A stretch of DNA of 64,000 nt from an uncultured Candidatus Saccharibacteria bacterium. Lineage in GTDB: Bacteria; Patescibacteriota; Doudnabacteria; UBA920. Below are positions 1-9,077 of the stretch, piece by piece. How positions within the stretch are numbered: position 1 is the first letter of the stretch; each line of letters starts with the position of its first letter. The notes under the pieces were generated by a model. It was not told where the DNA came from and did not search any database. It saw only the letters and a program-made list of their open reading frames with translations. The position numbers and the translations under genes are program-made. The stretch covers positions 6,168 to 70,167 of the forward strand of contig CAYZEI010000003.1 in the NCBI GenBank assembly GCA_964477745.1, given 5' to 3'.

Positions 1-1098
1 TAAAACTTCCTGTGCGGTTTTTTCCCAGGTAAACTTCTTAGCTTGCTCAAATCCTTTTTGAATTAAATTTGCCCTTAAAACTTTATTTGAAACTATTTCC
101 TTTAAAGCAAAACTTAATTCGTCCGCACTATAAGGATTAATTAATAACCCGGCATTAGACACCACTTCCGGTAAAGAAGTTATACAACTGGCAATTACCG
201 GGGTACCGGAGGCAAAGGCCTCAAGTGGCTGAAAGCCGAAACCTTCGTAAAAACTAGGGTAAACCAAAGCCTTGGCAAGTTTAATTAAGGCTGGTTTGTC
301 GGATTCCGAAATATATCCGATATACTTAATTTTAGCATTTTTTTTGCTCTTTTTTATTAAATCAAAGTCTTGGCTGAACTTCCAACCCAAGCGTCCGGCA
401 ATAACCAAATACGCTCCATTGTCTACCTGTTCAAATGCTTTTATTAAAGTTTTTAAATTTTTTCTCGGCTCTACCGTGCTTAAAAATAAATAAAAATCTC
501 CGGGTAACCCATACCGATTGCGTAAATTTCTCTGCTCTTCCAACATGTCGCCGGGATTAAATAAATTGTGATCTAGCCCCGGATAAATGACTTTAATTTT
601 TTCCGCATTAATCCCGAACACTTTTATTAAATCATTCTTAGTATGCTCAGACACGGCAAATAAAATATTTGCTCGATTAAAAGCCTTTTTGTAATTTAAA
701 AATTTATGCCACAGCCTTCTTTTTGTGTCATAAAATTCCGGGGTTAAAACCGGAGAAAGGTCATGCGCAGTAATTACCAACTTGGATTTGTCCGAAATAT
801 TGTACTGGTTTAAATTCGGCATAAACAGCACATTAAAATCCCCTGCCAGCTGTTCCAATTTTAGCGCTTTAATTTTTAAACCGATATTTAAAATCTTATT
901 TGGCAAGCGGGAATGAACCACTTGGGAATTTACATAGTGAAAATCGCCCAACTGTTTGTTGGAAAAAGAATTGTAAAATAATGTGTACTGATTAGTTTTG
1001 TCTAGCTTGAGTAAATTACCCAACAAATTTAGCGTGTAATTTTCCACCCCGGATATACTTCCGGAAGACAAACTTCTCAAATCTATCGCGATTTTCAT
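1..1098 (-). CDS. glycosyltransferase family 1 (GT4-like), C-terminal end cut by window edge
   Basis: Minus-strand ATG at 1098. Hand translation begins MKIAIDLRSLSSGSISGVENYTLNLLGN and includes a GT4 E-x7-E-like segment (YPSFYEGFGFQPLEAF). The frame runs off the window start with no stop, so it is absent from the ORF track. It overlaps the next gene by 4 nt (ATGA). Confidence 0.75.
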   Translation of the reverse strand, partial: MKIAIDLRSLSSGSISGVENYTLNLLGNLLKLDKTNQYTLFYNSFSNKQLGDFHYVNSQVVHSRLPNKILNIGLKIKALKLEQLAGDFNVLFMPNLNQYNISDKSKLVITAHDLSPVLTPEFYDTKRRLWHKFLNYKKAFNRANILFAVSEHTKNDLIKVFGINAEKIKVIYPGLDHNLFNPGDMLEEQRNLRNRYGLPGDFYLFLSTVEPRKNLKTLIKAFEQVDNGAYLVIAGRLGWKFSQDFDLIKKSKKNAKIKYIGYISESDKPALIKLAKALVYPSFYEGFGFQPLEAFASGTPVIASCITSLPEVVSNAGLLINPYSADELSFALKEIVSNKVLRANLIQKGFEQAKKFTWEKTAQEVL

Positions 1099-2180
1099 AG
1101 TTTCGTTAAAAATTCCGTAAATTCATTTTTAAACTTCTCTTTACCAAACTTTTTTGCCTGTTGTTGTAAATTTTCTTTTGAATATTTTTTATAATCCCAG
1201 GCAAGAATGGCTTGTTTAATTTCTGCTTTGTCGTAAGAAGAAAAAAACTCTCCCGTAACACCGGGCACAATGGTTTCCAAACTCCCACCTTTGTTTAGAG
1301 CTAGCGTTGCGGTACCGCAGGCAGATGCTTCCAAAGGCATTAGGCCAAAGTCTTCTACTTGGGGATAAATGTAAGCCAGCGCACCACTATACTCGTTTCT
1401 TAATTGGGCATCGGAAATCTTACCTAAAAACTTAATATTACTTTTGGCTATGGACTTTAAATATTCTTCTTGCCTACCGGTTCCCGCAACGTGGAGTGTT
1501 AAGCCGAGCTCGTTAAATATTTCAATAACCAGCTCATTTTTTTTATGAGCCTGCAGTCGCCCGGCTAGCAAAAAATAATCTTGTTTTTCCGCTGTCGGCT
1601 CCCAAAAAGCCAAATCTACAAATGGATAAATTATTGCACTTTCTCGATCATAAAACTGCTTCACCCGTTTTTGCACTTCCGCTGAATTGGAAATAAAATA
1701 TTTAACCCGTTGCGCGCCATTATAGTCCCATTTTTTCATTAACTTAATGCAAAATCTGGCTATGGGGCGCAAAATATACGGGGCTTCCTGATTAACATAT
1801 TCCGGTTCGCTCCATAAAAATCTGGCCGGGGTGTGACAGTAATTTATATGCGTGCAATTTTTTGGCACGTTAATATTTTTTATAAACCCGGAACTGGTGG
1901 AAATTACCAAATCGTACCCGCTAAAATCTAAGGAAGAAACCGCTAAAGGTATAAAGGGTAAATAATACTGAAGTTTCGGAAAAAAATTAAAAAATACTTG
2001 TAACCAAGAAGTGCGGATGTCCCAAGATTTATATATGTCTTTTAGCTTTTTATCCTGCGCCAATACAAATACCGGAGCCTGCGGAAACATTTCATGCAAA
2101 GCTTCCAGCACCCTTTCAGCTCCACCAAGTTGTGTTAAGCTATCGTGAGCCAAAGCAATTTTTAATTTGGTGATGTCCAT
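1095..2180 (-). CDS. glycosyltransferase family 1 (GT4)
   Basis: ORF 1095..2222. The likely start is the internal Met (MDITKLKIALAHDSLTQLGGAERV) at 2180, which abuts the upstream gene. The C-terminal half has typical GT4 motifs (LLAGRLQAHKKNELVIE, EDFGLMPLEA). Confidence 0.8.
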   Translation of the reverse strand: MDITKLKIALAHDSLTQLGGAERVLEALHEMFPQAPVFVLAQDKKLKDIYKSWDIRTSWLQVFFNFFPKLQYYLPFIPLAVSSLDFSGYDLVISTSSGFIKNINVPKNCTHINYCHTPARFLWSEPEYVNQEAPYILRPIARFCIKLMKKWDYNGAQRVKYFISNSAEVQKRVKQFYDRESAIIYPFVDLAFWEPTAEKQDYFLLAGRLQAHKKNELVIEIFNELGLTLHVAGTGRQEEYLKSIAKSNIKFLGKISDAQLRNEYSGALAYIYPQVEDFGLMPLEASACGTATLALNKGGSLETIVPGVTGEFFSSYDKAEIKQAILAWDYKKYSKENLQQQAKKFGKEKFKNEFTEFLTKL

Positions 2181-3625
2181 TAATAATTCGTTTTCGGTTT
2201 TTTTGCAAAAAACAGTAACCAAAATGTTTTGGCTAAAATTTTAATATCCAACCATAACGACCAATTCTCAATATAAAATGTATTTAAGCGAATTTCTTCT
2301 TCAAACGGTAAATCCGGCCAAGTCACTTGCGCTATTTGCGACAACCCAAAAATTCCCGGTTTTATACTGAACATCCTCGGGTACCGGGTGCGGTACCTCT
2401 CTACTTCATCGAGCACGTGAGCCCGGGGGCCGACCATACTCATATCACCTTTTAGCACATTCCAAAATTGTGGAATTTCGTCCAGCTTGCTTCGTCTTAA
2501 AAACCTACCGACTTTGGTGACTCGCGGATCATCTTTAATTTTCAAAAACGGTCCGTTCTCGCCACCACGATCATTCTTGTGCCACAATTCCTGTCGAACT
2601 TTTTGGGCCTGCTCGCCACCGAACTCCTCGCCTACGCTTAAGTGACTATACATACTTCTAAACTTATAAAATAAAAAGTCTTTGCCACGACCTCCTCTAA
2701 GTGCGGAATAAATTACCCTCCCCTTGGAATCCAGCCTCACGGCCACGGCCACAATAATAAATATTGGAGATGTCAGCAATAAACAAATTACGCTGACGAA
2801 TAAATCCAAAACCCTTTTACTGACTTTACCCCAGCCGTCTAGCGGGGTATTTTTTAGACTAATAACCGGCAGTCCGTTTAAATTTTCGGTTTCAATAATA
2901 TTTCTTTGGACTTCGAATAAATTAGGCACAAAGCTGAACTTTAGCCCTTTACCGCGGGCAAACTGGACTAATTTTAAATTATCCGCGTCGTTTAACCCGA
3001 CATTGGTTTGTAAAATTTCATCTATTTGTCCGCCTAAATACAGTTGCTCCAACCTAGAAAATAAATTTTCATTTAACGGCAGTTCCGCGACAATTTCATA
3101 CCCGTTATTCCGATTCTTATAAACACTTTCAATTGTCGGCAATTCCACTCCACCGGTAATAATTACTAATTTATGCAGGCCAATATTTTTAGAAAACAGT
3201 AAAGTTTGTAACAATTTTAAGACTAAGCGACCCAAAATAACCAGTACAATCCCCAGTCCCCATGTGGCCAAAATAATAAACCTAGACGGGAAAATATTTT
3301 GATTAAAAAAGAACAACAAAATTACCAGCAACAATCCTAACGATACCCCAATAATAATTCTGCCGGATTCAGAAATAAACTTTCGTGTGCCTTTTAGGTT
3401 ATACAAACCTAAAAAGGCAAAAATTAAAATTAAAAAGACAATAATTTTGTAGACCACTGACAAAAAATTATTCACATCTAACTGGTAAATAATCGGTCCG
3501 ACAATAGTGGTGGTTTTTTGTCGCAAATAAAAAGACGCGATTCCGGCCAAAAGCAAGGAAATAGCGTCCACAGGTATGGAAATAAGGTTAAAAACCAGCT
3601 CTGTTTTCTTCACCCCGTATAACAA
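2180..3625 (-). CDS. polyprenyl-phosphate glycosylphosphotransferase (bacterial sugar transferase, WbaP/CpsE-like)
   Basis: 481 aa with N-terminal TM helices. The C-terminal 'bacterial sugar transferase' domain reads SMVGPRAHVLDEVERY...SIKPGIFGLSQIA, and the protein ends with KRVLDLFVSVICLLLTSPIFIIVAVAVRLDSKGRVIY. Confidence 0.8.
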   Translation of the reverse strand: MLYGVKKTELVFNLISIPVDAISLLLAGIASFYLRQKTTTIVGPIIYQLDVNNFLSVVYKIIVFLILIFAFLGLYNLKGTRKFISESGRIIIGVSLGLLLVILLFFFNQNIFPSRFIILATWGLGIVLVILGRLVLKLLQTLLFSKNIGLHKLVIITGGVELPTIESVYKNRNNGYEIVAELPLNENLFSRLEQLYLGGQIDEILQTNVGLNDADNLKLVQFARGKGLKFSFVPNLFEVQRNIIETENLNGLPVISLKNTPLDGWGKVSKRVLDLFVSVICLLLTSPIFIIVAVAVRLDSKGRVIYSALRGGRGKDFLFYKFRSMYSHLSVGEEFGGEQAQKVRQELWHKNDRGGENGPFLKIKDDPRVTKVGRFLRRSKLDEIPQFWNVLKGDMSMVGPRAHVLDEVERYRTRYPRMFSIKPGIFGLSQIAQVTWPDLPFEEEIRLNTFYIENWSLWLDIKILAKTFWLLFFAKKPKTNY

Positions 3626-3777
3626 CTTTCTATTCTAGATTTGCTCAAAAAAACATGATCTAGAATTTAGTTAATTAAACACCCCCGAAATCAATATAAA
3701 GCTGTATTACGGGGTTCATATATCCATTATTATACCACTATTCACAACATAGAAAAAGGCCAATACTACACCAGATA

Positions 3778-3806
3778 TTGACACTTTAGTCAATAAATGC
3801 TACAAT
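3778..3806 (+). promoter_or_regulatory. sigma70-like promoter for RNase P RNA
   Basis: TTGACA (3778-3783), 17-nt spacer, TACAAT (3801-3806). The predicted transcription start is about 7 nt downstream, coinciding with the P1 5' strand of the RNase P RNA. Confidence 0.6.
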
Positions 3807-3811
3807 GCCAG

Positions 3812-4152
3812 TTGCTCTAAGCAAACCGAATAATCGCTCTTCCGACTTGTCGGAAGGGAGGAAAGTCCGAACACTTATTTGATAGCCTCTATAGAGTTAT
3901 CAAAACTGGTAGCGGGTAATCCCCGTCGGGAGTAATCCTCGAGGTGCGAACAGAGACGGATTTTTTCGAAAGAAAAATCCGCCCTATCGAATGATAGGGC
4001 GAGTCCCAATAGTAATATCGGGAGTGAAACGGCTAAATCCTTACTTGAGTGCAAGGCCAAATTTGGTAGGCTGCTAGATTCCGGACAGTAATGACCGGGA
4101 CAGATAGATGATTATGTTAAAACAGAATTCGGCTTACGAGTTTGCTTAGGGC
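3812..4152 (+). ncRNA. rnpB: RNase P RNA (bacterial type, rnpB)
   Basis: Conserved RNase P RNA blocks are read directly: GGGAGGAAAGTCCGAAC (CR-I), GGGAGTGAAACGGCT (CR-II-like), GGCCAAATTTGGTAGGCTGCTAGA (CR-IV) and ACAGAATTCGGCTTA (CR-V). P1 pairs CTAAGCAAAC (3816-3825) with GTTTGCTTAG (4140-4149). Confidence 0.9.
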
Positions 4153-4158
4153 ATAAAA

Positions 4159-4190
4159 AAACCGACACTCAAGAGGTGTCGGTTTTTTTA
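4159..4190 (+). terminator. intrinsic terminator after rnpB (bidirectional; also downstream of minus gene 4194..)
   Basis: Hairpin ACCGACAC-tcaagag-GTGTCGGT followed by TTTTTTT, with an A-run on the 5' side. Confidence 0.75.
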
Positions 4191-4193
4191 TGC

Positions 4194-4439
4194 TTATATT
4201 TTTGTTATATCAACAATCTCACTATAGGGTATGAGCTTGATCCCTTCATCAATGTGCCAGAGACTTACGCCTCCTTTTTCCAGAGAAGTCATTTCTCCTT
4301 CTTTTTCAGTCCCGTCTCTCATCAAAATTTTTGCAAAAGCCTTTTTAGTTGGATCAGTAAATCCCCTATCTTTAAGTAATGGGAGGATATTATCCATACT
4401 GTAAAAATTTGCAGGCCCTAGATTTGTTTCTTTGTCCAT
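4194..4439 (-). CDS. hypothetical small protein
   Basis: ORF 4194..4466. The Met at 4439 (MDKETNLGPANFYS...) avoids overlap with the upstream SIMPL gene. I see no recognisable domain. Confidence 0.4.
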   Translation of the reverse strand: MDKETNLGPANFYSMDNILPLLKDRGFTDPTKKAFAKILMRDGTEKEGEMTSLEKGGVSLWHIDEGIKLIPYSEIVDITKI

Positions 4440-4446
4440 AAAATGG

Positions 4447-5217
4447 TTATTTAACCTCAAACACAACTGTCATGCTTTCGGTTATATCCTGGCTACCTGG
4501 CTCAATATTTGGCGCCACAGACTTATCCATACCGCCTCCGCCCATTCCTACGGCAGCACTTGCATACATAATTGGACTGGTCATGCCGGAGTTAGTTTCC
4601 GCAATACTTACAACCTTACCTAAGGTTAATCCAGCTTCTTTAGCCAAGCCTTGCGCTTTGGTTTTGGCATTATCAATAGCCAATTTTCTGGCTTCTTGCT
4701 GAACAGTTTCTGGACTTTCAAAGCCAAAATAGACACCTTGAATTTGATTGGCTCCATTATTCACTGCTCCGTCTAAAACTTTTTCCATCACGTCTTGTGA
4801 CTTATCTACACCCTTAACTTTAACTGTAACTGTCTGGTCAGATTGGTAACCAATAATTACTCCCTTACCGCTTTGCCAATCTTGTTGTGGATAAAAGCTA
4901 AACTGAGAAGTATTTATATCTTCCGACTTTACCCCTTGAGCTTTAATAAAATCTATAATCTTATTTATTTTCTTATTGTTGGAATCTTTTACTTCGGTAG
5001 CTGTTGCTCCTTGGGACATAACGCCAATAGTAACCGTAGCCAAATCCGGCACGGATTTAATCTTACCTTCGGCCGAAACCGAGATGGTATTCGCCGGCTT
5101 TTGGTTCTTAATAACTGTCTTTAAACTATAGCCCTGCTGGACAATTAAAAGAGCCACAAAGGCAATCAAAAGTCCGCCCAAACCCGAAACTAACCATTTT
5201 GGAAATGTATTTTCCAT
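4447..5217 (-). CDS. SIMPL-domain (DUF541) secreted/periplasmic protein
   Basis: 256 aa with an N-terminal TM/signal segment. The pattern TISVSAEGKIKSVPDLATVTIGV...QGVYFGFESPE...ARKLAIDNAKTKAQGLA is typical of the SIMPL/26-kDa periplasmic immunogenic protein family. Confidence 0.7.
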   Translation of the reverse strand: MENTFPKWLVSGLGGLLIAFVALLIVQQGYSLKTVIKNQKPANTISVSAEGKIKSVPDLATVTIGVMSQGATATEVKDSNNKKINKIIDFIKAQGVKSEDINTSQFSFYPQQDWQSGKGVIIGYQSDQTVTVKVKGVDKSQDVMEKVLDGAVNNGANQIQGVYFGFESPETVQQEARKLAIDNAKTKAQGLAKEAGLTLGKVVSIAETNSGMTSPIMYASAAVGMGGGGMDKSVAPNIEPGSQDITESMTVVFEVK

Positions 5218-5302
5218 AAGTTTATTTTAGTTAATATTTACTCTTACATTATATCAAGATAATGCCCAAAGAGCCAAAATGTTACACCGTTTTTTCTTTG
5301 CT

Positions 5303-5313
5303 AGTGATATCAA
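5303..5313. promoter_or_regulatory. palindromic operator-like site AGTGATATCAA (copy 1) upstream of SIMPL gene
   Basis: Perfect 8-bp palindrome TGATATCA. The identical 11-mer recurs 90 bp away (5393-5403) in the same intergenic region. Confidence 0.3.
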
Positions 5314-5392
5314 AATATAACATGTCAAATGTCAAGACTTGACCCCGCCTTCCCTTTTCTGGTTTAAGATTACTGCGGTCGTCCAATTTTTC

Positions 5393-5403
5393 AGTGATAT
5401 CAA
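5393..5403. promoter_or_regulatory. palindromic operator-like site AGTGATATCAA (copy 2)
   Basis: Identical 11-mer to the 5303-5313 site. Confidence 0.3.
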
Positions 5404-5435
5404 GTTGAGTAAATTTTAAATTTTCTACCATAATA

Positions 5436-5699
5436 TTACCCTAAATTTCTCTTTGAAATTATAAATATTTTATATACGATTATAAAACCTAATACACTTT
5501 TAAATAGCGTTAACAGATTTAATAAAGTACTTTTAGCATCAAAAATAGTTAATTTTATATAATTTAAAGAATTTAATATAACTAAAATCCCTAAATATAT
5601 AAGCACCTGTTTTAAATCAGAGGTTCTGTAATTGTACCAAAAGTAAAAACAGATGACGAAAGAAAACCAGAGAATAATAGAGAGAGTTAAAAGAATCAT
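5436..5699 (-). CDS. hypothetical small membrane protein
   Basis: 87 aa with two predicted hydrophobic helices. The sequence is AT-rich and low-complexity, so it may not be a real gene. Confidence 0.25.
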   Translation of the reverse strand: MILLTLSIILWFSFVICFYFWYNYRTSDLKQVLIYLGILVILNSLNYIKLTIFDAKSTLLNLLTLFKSVLGFIIVYKIFIISKRNLG

Positions 5700-5890
5700 T
5701 TTTAAAAGGTAAATTAATATTATTTTTTAGTCTTATTATCTTGTGTTTTAGTATTATTACTATTCTTTGCGTTTATTTTTTGGAGTCACAAATGGAGACA
5801 TGACCCATTATTTTGTTTCTACATTCTTTTTAGCCTACCTCCCTTAAAGTATAACCCAAAACTGTTAATGAGTCATACTCCCATAAACAA

Positions 5891-5918
5891 AAAACCACCC
5901 GATTTCTCGGGTGGTTTT
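5891..5918 (-). terminator. intrinsic terminator downstream of rpsI (end of ribosomal gene block)
   Basis: ACCACCCG-atttct-CGGGTGGT hairpin flanked by A- and T-runs. Confidence 0.7.
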
Positions 5919-5972
5919 AATATATAGATTAACGCTTGGCCCACCACTTCGACAGGCTCAGGATGGTCAAAA

Positions 5973-6560
5973 TTAACGCTTGGCCCACTGTGGGCTTCTG
6001 CGGGCTCTTTTTAAGCCTGGTTTCTTTCTTTCTTTTTTGCGGTCATCGCGAGTAAGTAGACCGTTTTTCTTTAACACAACTCTGACTTCTTCGGCTAATT
6101 TGCCTAAAGCAATGGAGATTCCGTGTCTTAAGGCTTGAGCTTGGGAGTGTAATCCCCCGCCATTTACATGAGCGGTGAAGTGGTAATCGTGAAGTAGTCC
6201 TGTAGTTTCAAATGGCTGTTTAATTTCTTCCTGGAAATAAGTATAACCAAAATATCCGGCAACCGGTTTTTTGTTTACTACAGAGTCACCTTTGCCTTCA
6301 AATAAACGGACATTGGCAACCGCAGTCTTTCTTCGGCCGGTAGCAAAAATATATCTGCCTTTGCCAATAGCTTTGCGTTCTAAAACCGGTTTTACTTCGG
6401 TCTTAACTTCCATAACTTCGGCAACATGCTCTTTGGCAGCAGCTGTGGCAGTGGTTTTTTTATTCGCCACAGCACGAGGCTTTTTTACAGCAGTCGATTT
6501 TGTAGCTTTCCCGCCGGAGGCGGGTCCGCCTTTGGCGGATGTAGTTGGCTTAGTAGGCAT
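5973..6560 (-). CDS. rpsI: 30S ribosomal protein S9 with ~60-aa Lys/Ala/Thr-rich N-terminal extension
   Basis: The C-terminal 130 aa are canonical S9 (GRRKTAVANVRL...GGGLHSQAQALRHGISIAL...TRDDRKKERKKPGLKRARRSPQWAKR). Confidence 0.92.
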   Translation of the reverse strand: MPTKPTTSAKGGPASGGKATKSTAVKKPRAVANKKTTATAAAKEHVAEVMEVKTEVKPVLERKAIGKGRYIFATGRRKTAVANVRLFEGKGDSVVNKKPVAGYFGYTYFQEEIKQPFETTGLLHDYHFTAHVNGGGLHSQAQALRHGISIALGKLAEEVRVVLKKNGLLTRDDRKKERKKPGLKRARRSPQWAKR

Positions 6561-6567
6561 AGGTGTA

Positions 6568-6981
6568 TTATTTATCTATTTTATAATCGTGTTTGTCACC
6601 TTTGACAATCTTCAGGCGGAGCATAATGGCTTTGCGGAATTTCACATCGTCTATCATGGAGAATACGGCTTTGCGTAAAACTTCTTCCGGATTTTTGATA
6701 ATTAAATCTTTCAGGGTGGTGTTTTTTATGCCTCCCAAGTAACCGGAATGGCGATAATAAACTTTTTGCTGAATCTTTCGGCCGGAAAACTTCATTTTAT
6801 CCACATTAATGGCAACTACATAGTCACCCATATCAACATGCGGGACAAAGTCTCTTTTATGCTTGCCACGCAAAAAATTGGCGATTTCTGTCGAAGCTCG
6901 GCCCATAGCCTTTTTCGACATATCTACTACGTGCCACTTGCGGACAACTTTTTTCGGTAATGTAAGAGTTTGAGATTTCAT
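6568..6981 (-). CDS. rplM: 50S ribosomal protein L13
   Basis: MKSQTLTLPKKVVRKWHVVDMSKKAMGRASTEIANFLRGKHK...YYRHSGYLGGIK. Confidence 0.92.
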   Translation of the reverse strand: MKSQTLTLPKKVVRKWHVVDMSKKAMGRASTEIANFLRGKHKRDFVPHVDMGDYVVAINVDKMKFSGRKIQQKVYYRHSGYLGGIKNTTLKDLIIKNPEEVLRKAVFSMIDDVKFRKAIMLRLKIVKGDKHDYKIDK

Positions 6982-6991
6982 ATAATATTAT

Positions 6992-7336
6992 TTATTCAAC
7001 TAACTCCAGCAGAGCTTTGGAAGCGCCGGCTTTCGGGTTGTTTAACTTAATCATTCTGGTGTAGCCACCCTTACGGTCTTTGTACTTGGCACCTAAAACT
7101 TCTAAAGCTTTTTTAACGGCCATTGGGGAAAGCAGGCTCATTAAAATTCTTCGGTTGTGTAAAGTGTTTTCTTTAGCGCGGGTAATAGCCTTTTCCACAT
7201 AAGCTTTGGAAGCTCTGGCGTTGGCATAAGAAGTTTCGATTTTCTCATACAAAACCAAAGAGGAAGCTAAAGTGCGAAGAAGCTTTCTTCTGTGATCCAT
7301 ACCTTTGCCAATTTTCTTCTTTTTTTGGTGCCTCAT
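6992..7336 (-). CDS. rplQ: 50S ribosomal protein L17
   Basis: MRHQKKKKIGKGMDHRRKLLRTLASSLVLYEKIETSYANARA...TRMIKLNNPKAGASKALLELV. Confidence 0.9.
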   Translation of the reverse strand: MRHQKKKKIGKGMDHRRKLLRTLASSLVLYEKIETSYANARASKAYVEKAITRAKENTLHNRRILMSLLSPMAVKKALEVLGAKYKDRKGGYTRMIKLNNPKAGASKALLELVE

Positions 7337-7368
7337 AAAATTAGTAACTAGTAATTAGTAAATAGAAG

Positions 7369-8313
7369 TTATCTTCCTAAAAATTCAATAATTTCTTTGA
7401 TAGTCTTGTCGCCCAAACCGCTTAAATTATTGATTTCTTCGTTGCTTAAAGCCTGTAAGGCGGACATGGAGGTAATTCCGTTTTTTACCAAGGCGTTCTT
7501 TGCTCTGGTGGAAAGAGTTGAAGACTCAATCTCGTTTTCGCCTTGGGAATTTACAACGGCTACGGGGCTATTGTCTTCATCGGCCGGTACTACTGTTTCT
7601 TCAGCCGGAATTAAACCGGTTTTATCAAAATCGTTGGCGAACACCATGGAAAAGTGGTCAACTAAAATGTGAGCGGCAATATCCACAGCTTCTTGGCCGG
7701 TCATTGTGCCGTCGGTTTCCATTACTACTTCCAGCTTATCAAAGTTGGTCAACTGACCGACACGTACGTTAGAAACATCAAAATGCACAGCTTTAATAGG
7801 AGTAAAAATTGCGTCTACGCCGATTACGCCAAGTTCCAATTTCTGGTTCTCGCGGGCTTCTACCGGGACATAACCACGTCCTTGTTCAATGGTCAATTCC
7901 ATATCGAACTCGGCATTTTTATTGTCCAAAGTCGCAATGTGTAAATCTTTATTGATAATTTGAACTTGGTCAGTTTCTTTAATATCAGCGGCGGTAACAA
8001 CAGTTTCCCCTTTGGCTTTTAAGGAAACTTTAACCGGTTCACTGCTATAGCTTCTGACTCTTAACAATTTCAAATTTAAAATAATTTGGATAACGTCTTC
8101 TTTAACGTTTGGTACGGTGGAGAATTCGTGGTCAACAAATTTAATTTTAACCGCAGTCACTGCCGCTCCCGGCAAAGATGAAAGCAAAACTCTGCGCATG
8201 GCATTACCAATAGTAACACCATAACCGGGGTAAAGCGGTTCCAAAATTAAACTGTATTTGTTATTTCCCAAGTCGGTTACCCGGCCATGGTTTGGCAAAG
8301 GGATCACTTCCAT
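7369..8313 (-). CDS. rpoA: DNA-directed RNA polymerase subunit alpha
   Basis: 314 aa: LEPLYPGYGVTIGNAMRRVLLSSLPGAAVTAVKI... plus a C-terminal alpha-CTD-like region (RAKNALVKNGITSMSALQALSNEEI). Confidence 0.92.
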   Translation of the reverse strand: MEVIPLPNHGRVTDLGNNKYSLILEPLYPGYGVTIGNAMRRVLLSSLPGAAVTAVKIKFVDHEFSTVPNVKEDVIQIILNLKLLRVRSYSSEPVKVSLKAKGETVVTAADIKETDQVQIINKDLHIATLDNKNAEFDMELTIEQGRGYVPVEARENQKLELGVIGVDAIFTPIKAVHFDVSNVRVGQLTNFDKLEVVMETDGTMTGQEAVDIAAHILVDHFSMVFANDFDKTGLIPAEETVVPADEDNSPVAVVNSQGENEIESSTLSTRAKNALVKNGITSMSALQALSNEEINNLSGLGDKTIKEIIEFLGR

Positions 8314-8383
8314 AAAGAAACCTCCAAAAAAATAATTATTAAGTCGCGGAACTTAAAATAAGCTCCAAAAAAAATTAAAAAGA

Positions 8384-8992
8384 TTATGTACGGCTATAGT
8401 GTTCTACAATCAACTGAGTGTTGATTTGAGTACCCAAACTGCTAATGTCCGGAGAGCTAAGAATTTTTCCGGAAAATTGATCTGGGTTTGTTTGTAGCCA
8501 GTCCAAAGATTTAAAAGCCTTCATTTTTTCTTTCAAATTTTCCATATAGGCTTTCTTTTGTTTTACCGCTTTAACGGTAATAACATCCCCTACTTTGGTT
8601 TGATAAGAAGCAATGTCCACTTTTTTACCGTTTACTTCAAAAAATCCGTGGTTTACCAATTGTCTGGCCTGAGCGCGACTTTCTGCAAAACCTAAGCGGA
8701 AAACAATGTTGTCTAATCTCATTTCCAACATTTTCAGTAAGTTATCACCGGTAACACCAACTTGTTTTAAAGCCTTTTTGAAATAAATTTCAAATTGTCT
8801 TTCCATTACACCATAGGAAATTTTCGCTTTTTGCTTTTCGCGAAGTTGCAATCCGTATTCGGACATTCTGACACGGTTTTGTCCGTGTTGTCCCGGAGCA
8901 AAATTGCGCTTTTGCAAAATTTTGGCATCTTTGGTGGTAAATGCCATCCCAAGGCGTCTGGCCTTTTTAGCTTTTGGTCCTGTATATCTCAT
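8384..8992 (-). CDS. rpsD: 30S ribosomal protein S4
   Basis: MRYTGPKAKKARRLGMAFTTK...LEMRLDNIVFRLGFAESRAQARQLVNHG. Confidence 0.92.
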   Translation of the reverse strand: MRYTGPKAKKARRLGMAFTTKDAKILQKRNFAPGQHGQNRVRMSEYGLQLREKQKAKISYGVMERQFEIYFKKALKQVGVTGDNLLKMLEMRLDNIVFRLGFAESRAQARQLVNHGFFEVNGKKVDIASYQTKVGDVITVKAVKQKKAYMENLKEKMKAFKSLDWLQTNPDQFSGKILSSPDISSLGTQINTQLIVEHYSRT

Positions 8993-8995
8993 AGA

Positions 8996-9071
8996 TTCAT
9001 TTATGATTTAAGATTTATGATTTAAGATTTACACTGCAGAAAATCTGCCATCTGAAATCTTAAATCTTCAA
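8996..9071. repeat. intergenic 14-nt tandem repeat (TGATTTAAGATTTA x2) plus inverted TTAAATC arm, hairpin-forming (rpsD|rpsK spacer)
   Basis: tgatttaagatttatgatttaagattta ... cactgcagaaaatctgccatc ... tgaaatcttaaatcttca. The left and right arms are reverse complements. Confidence 0.8.
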
Positions 9072-9077
9072 CTGATA

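Noticed and set aside
272-493. 73-aa plus-strand ORF at window start
   Set aside because: It is antisense within the partial GT4 gene 1..1098 and is a shadow ORF.
3875-4060. 61-aa minus-strand ORF
   Set aside because: It lies entirely inside the RNase P RNA gene and is a spurious ORF.
5929-5989. 16-nt direct repeat TTAACGCTTGGCCCAC spanning the rpsI stop codon (copies at 5929-5944 and 5973-5988)
   Set aside because: It is probably a small local duplication of the gene 3' end adjacent to the terminator. I saw no further copies, no flanking mobile-element features and no coding consequence.
8996-9071. Possible CRISPR array from short tandem repeats
   Set aside because: The units are 7-14 nt with no unique spacers between them, and no cas genes are present. 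They are microsatellite or REP-like, not CRISPR.
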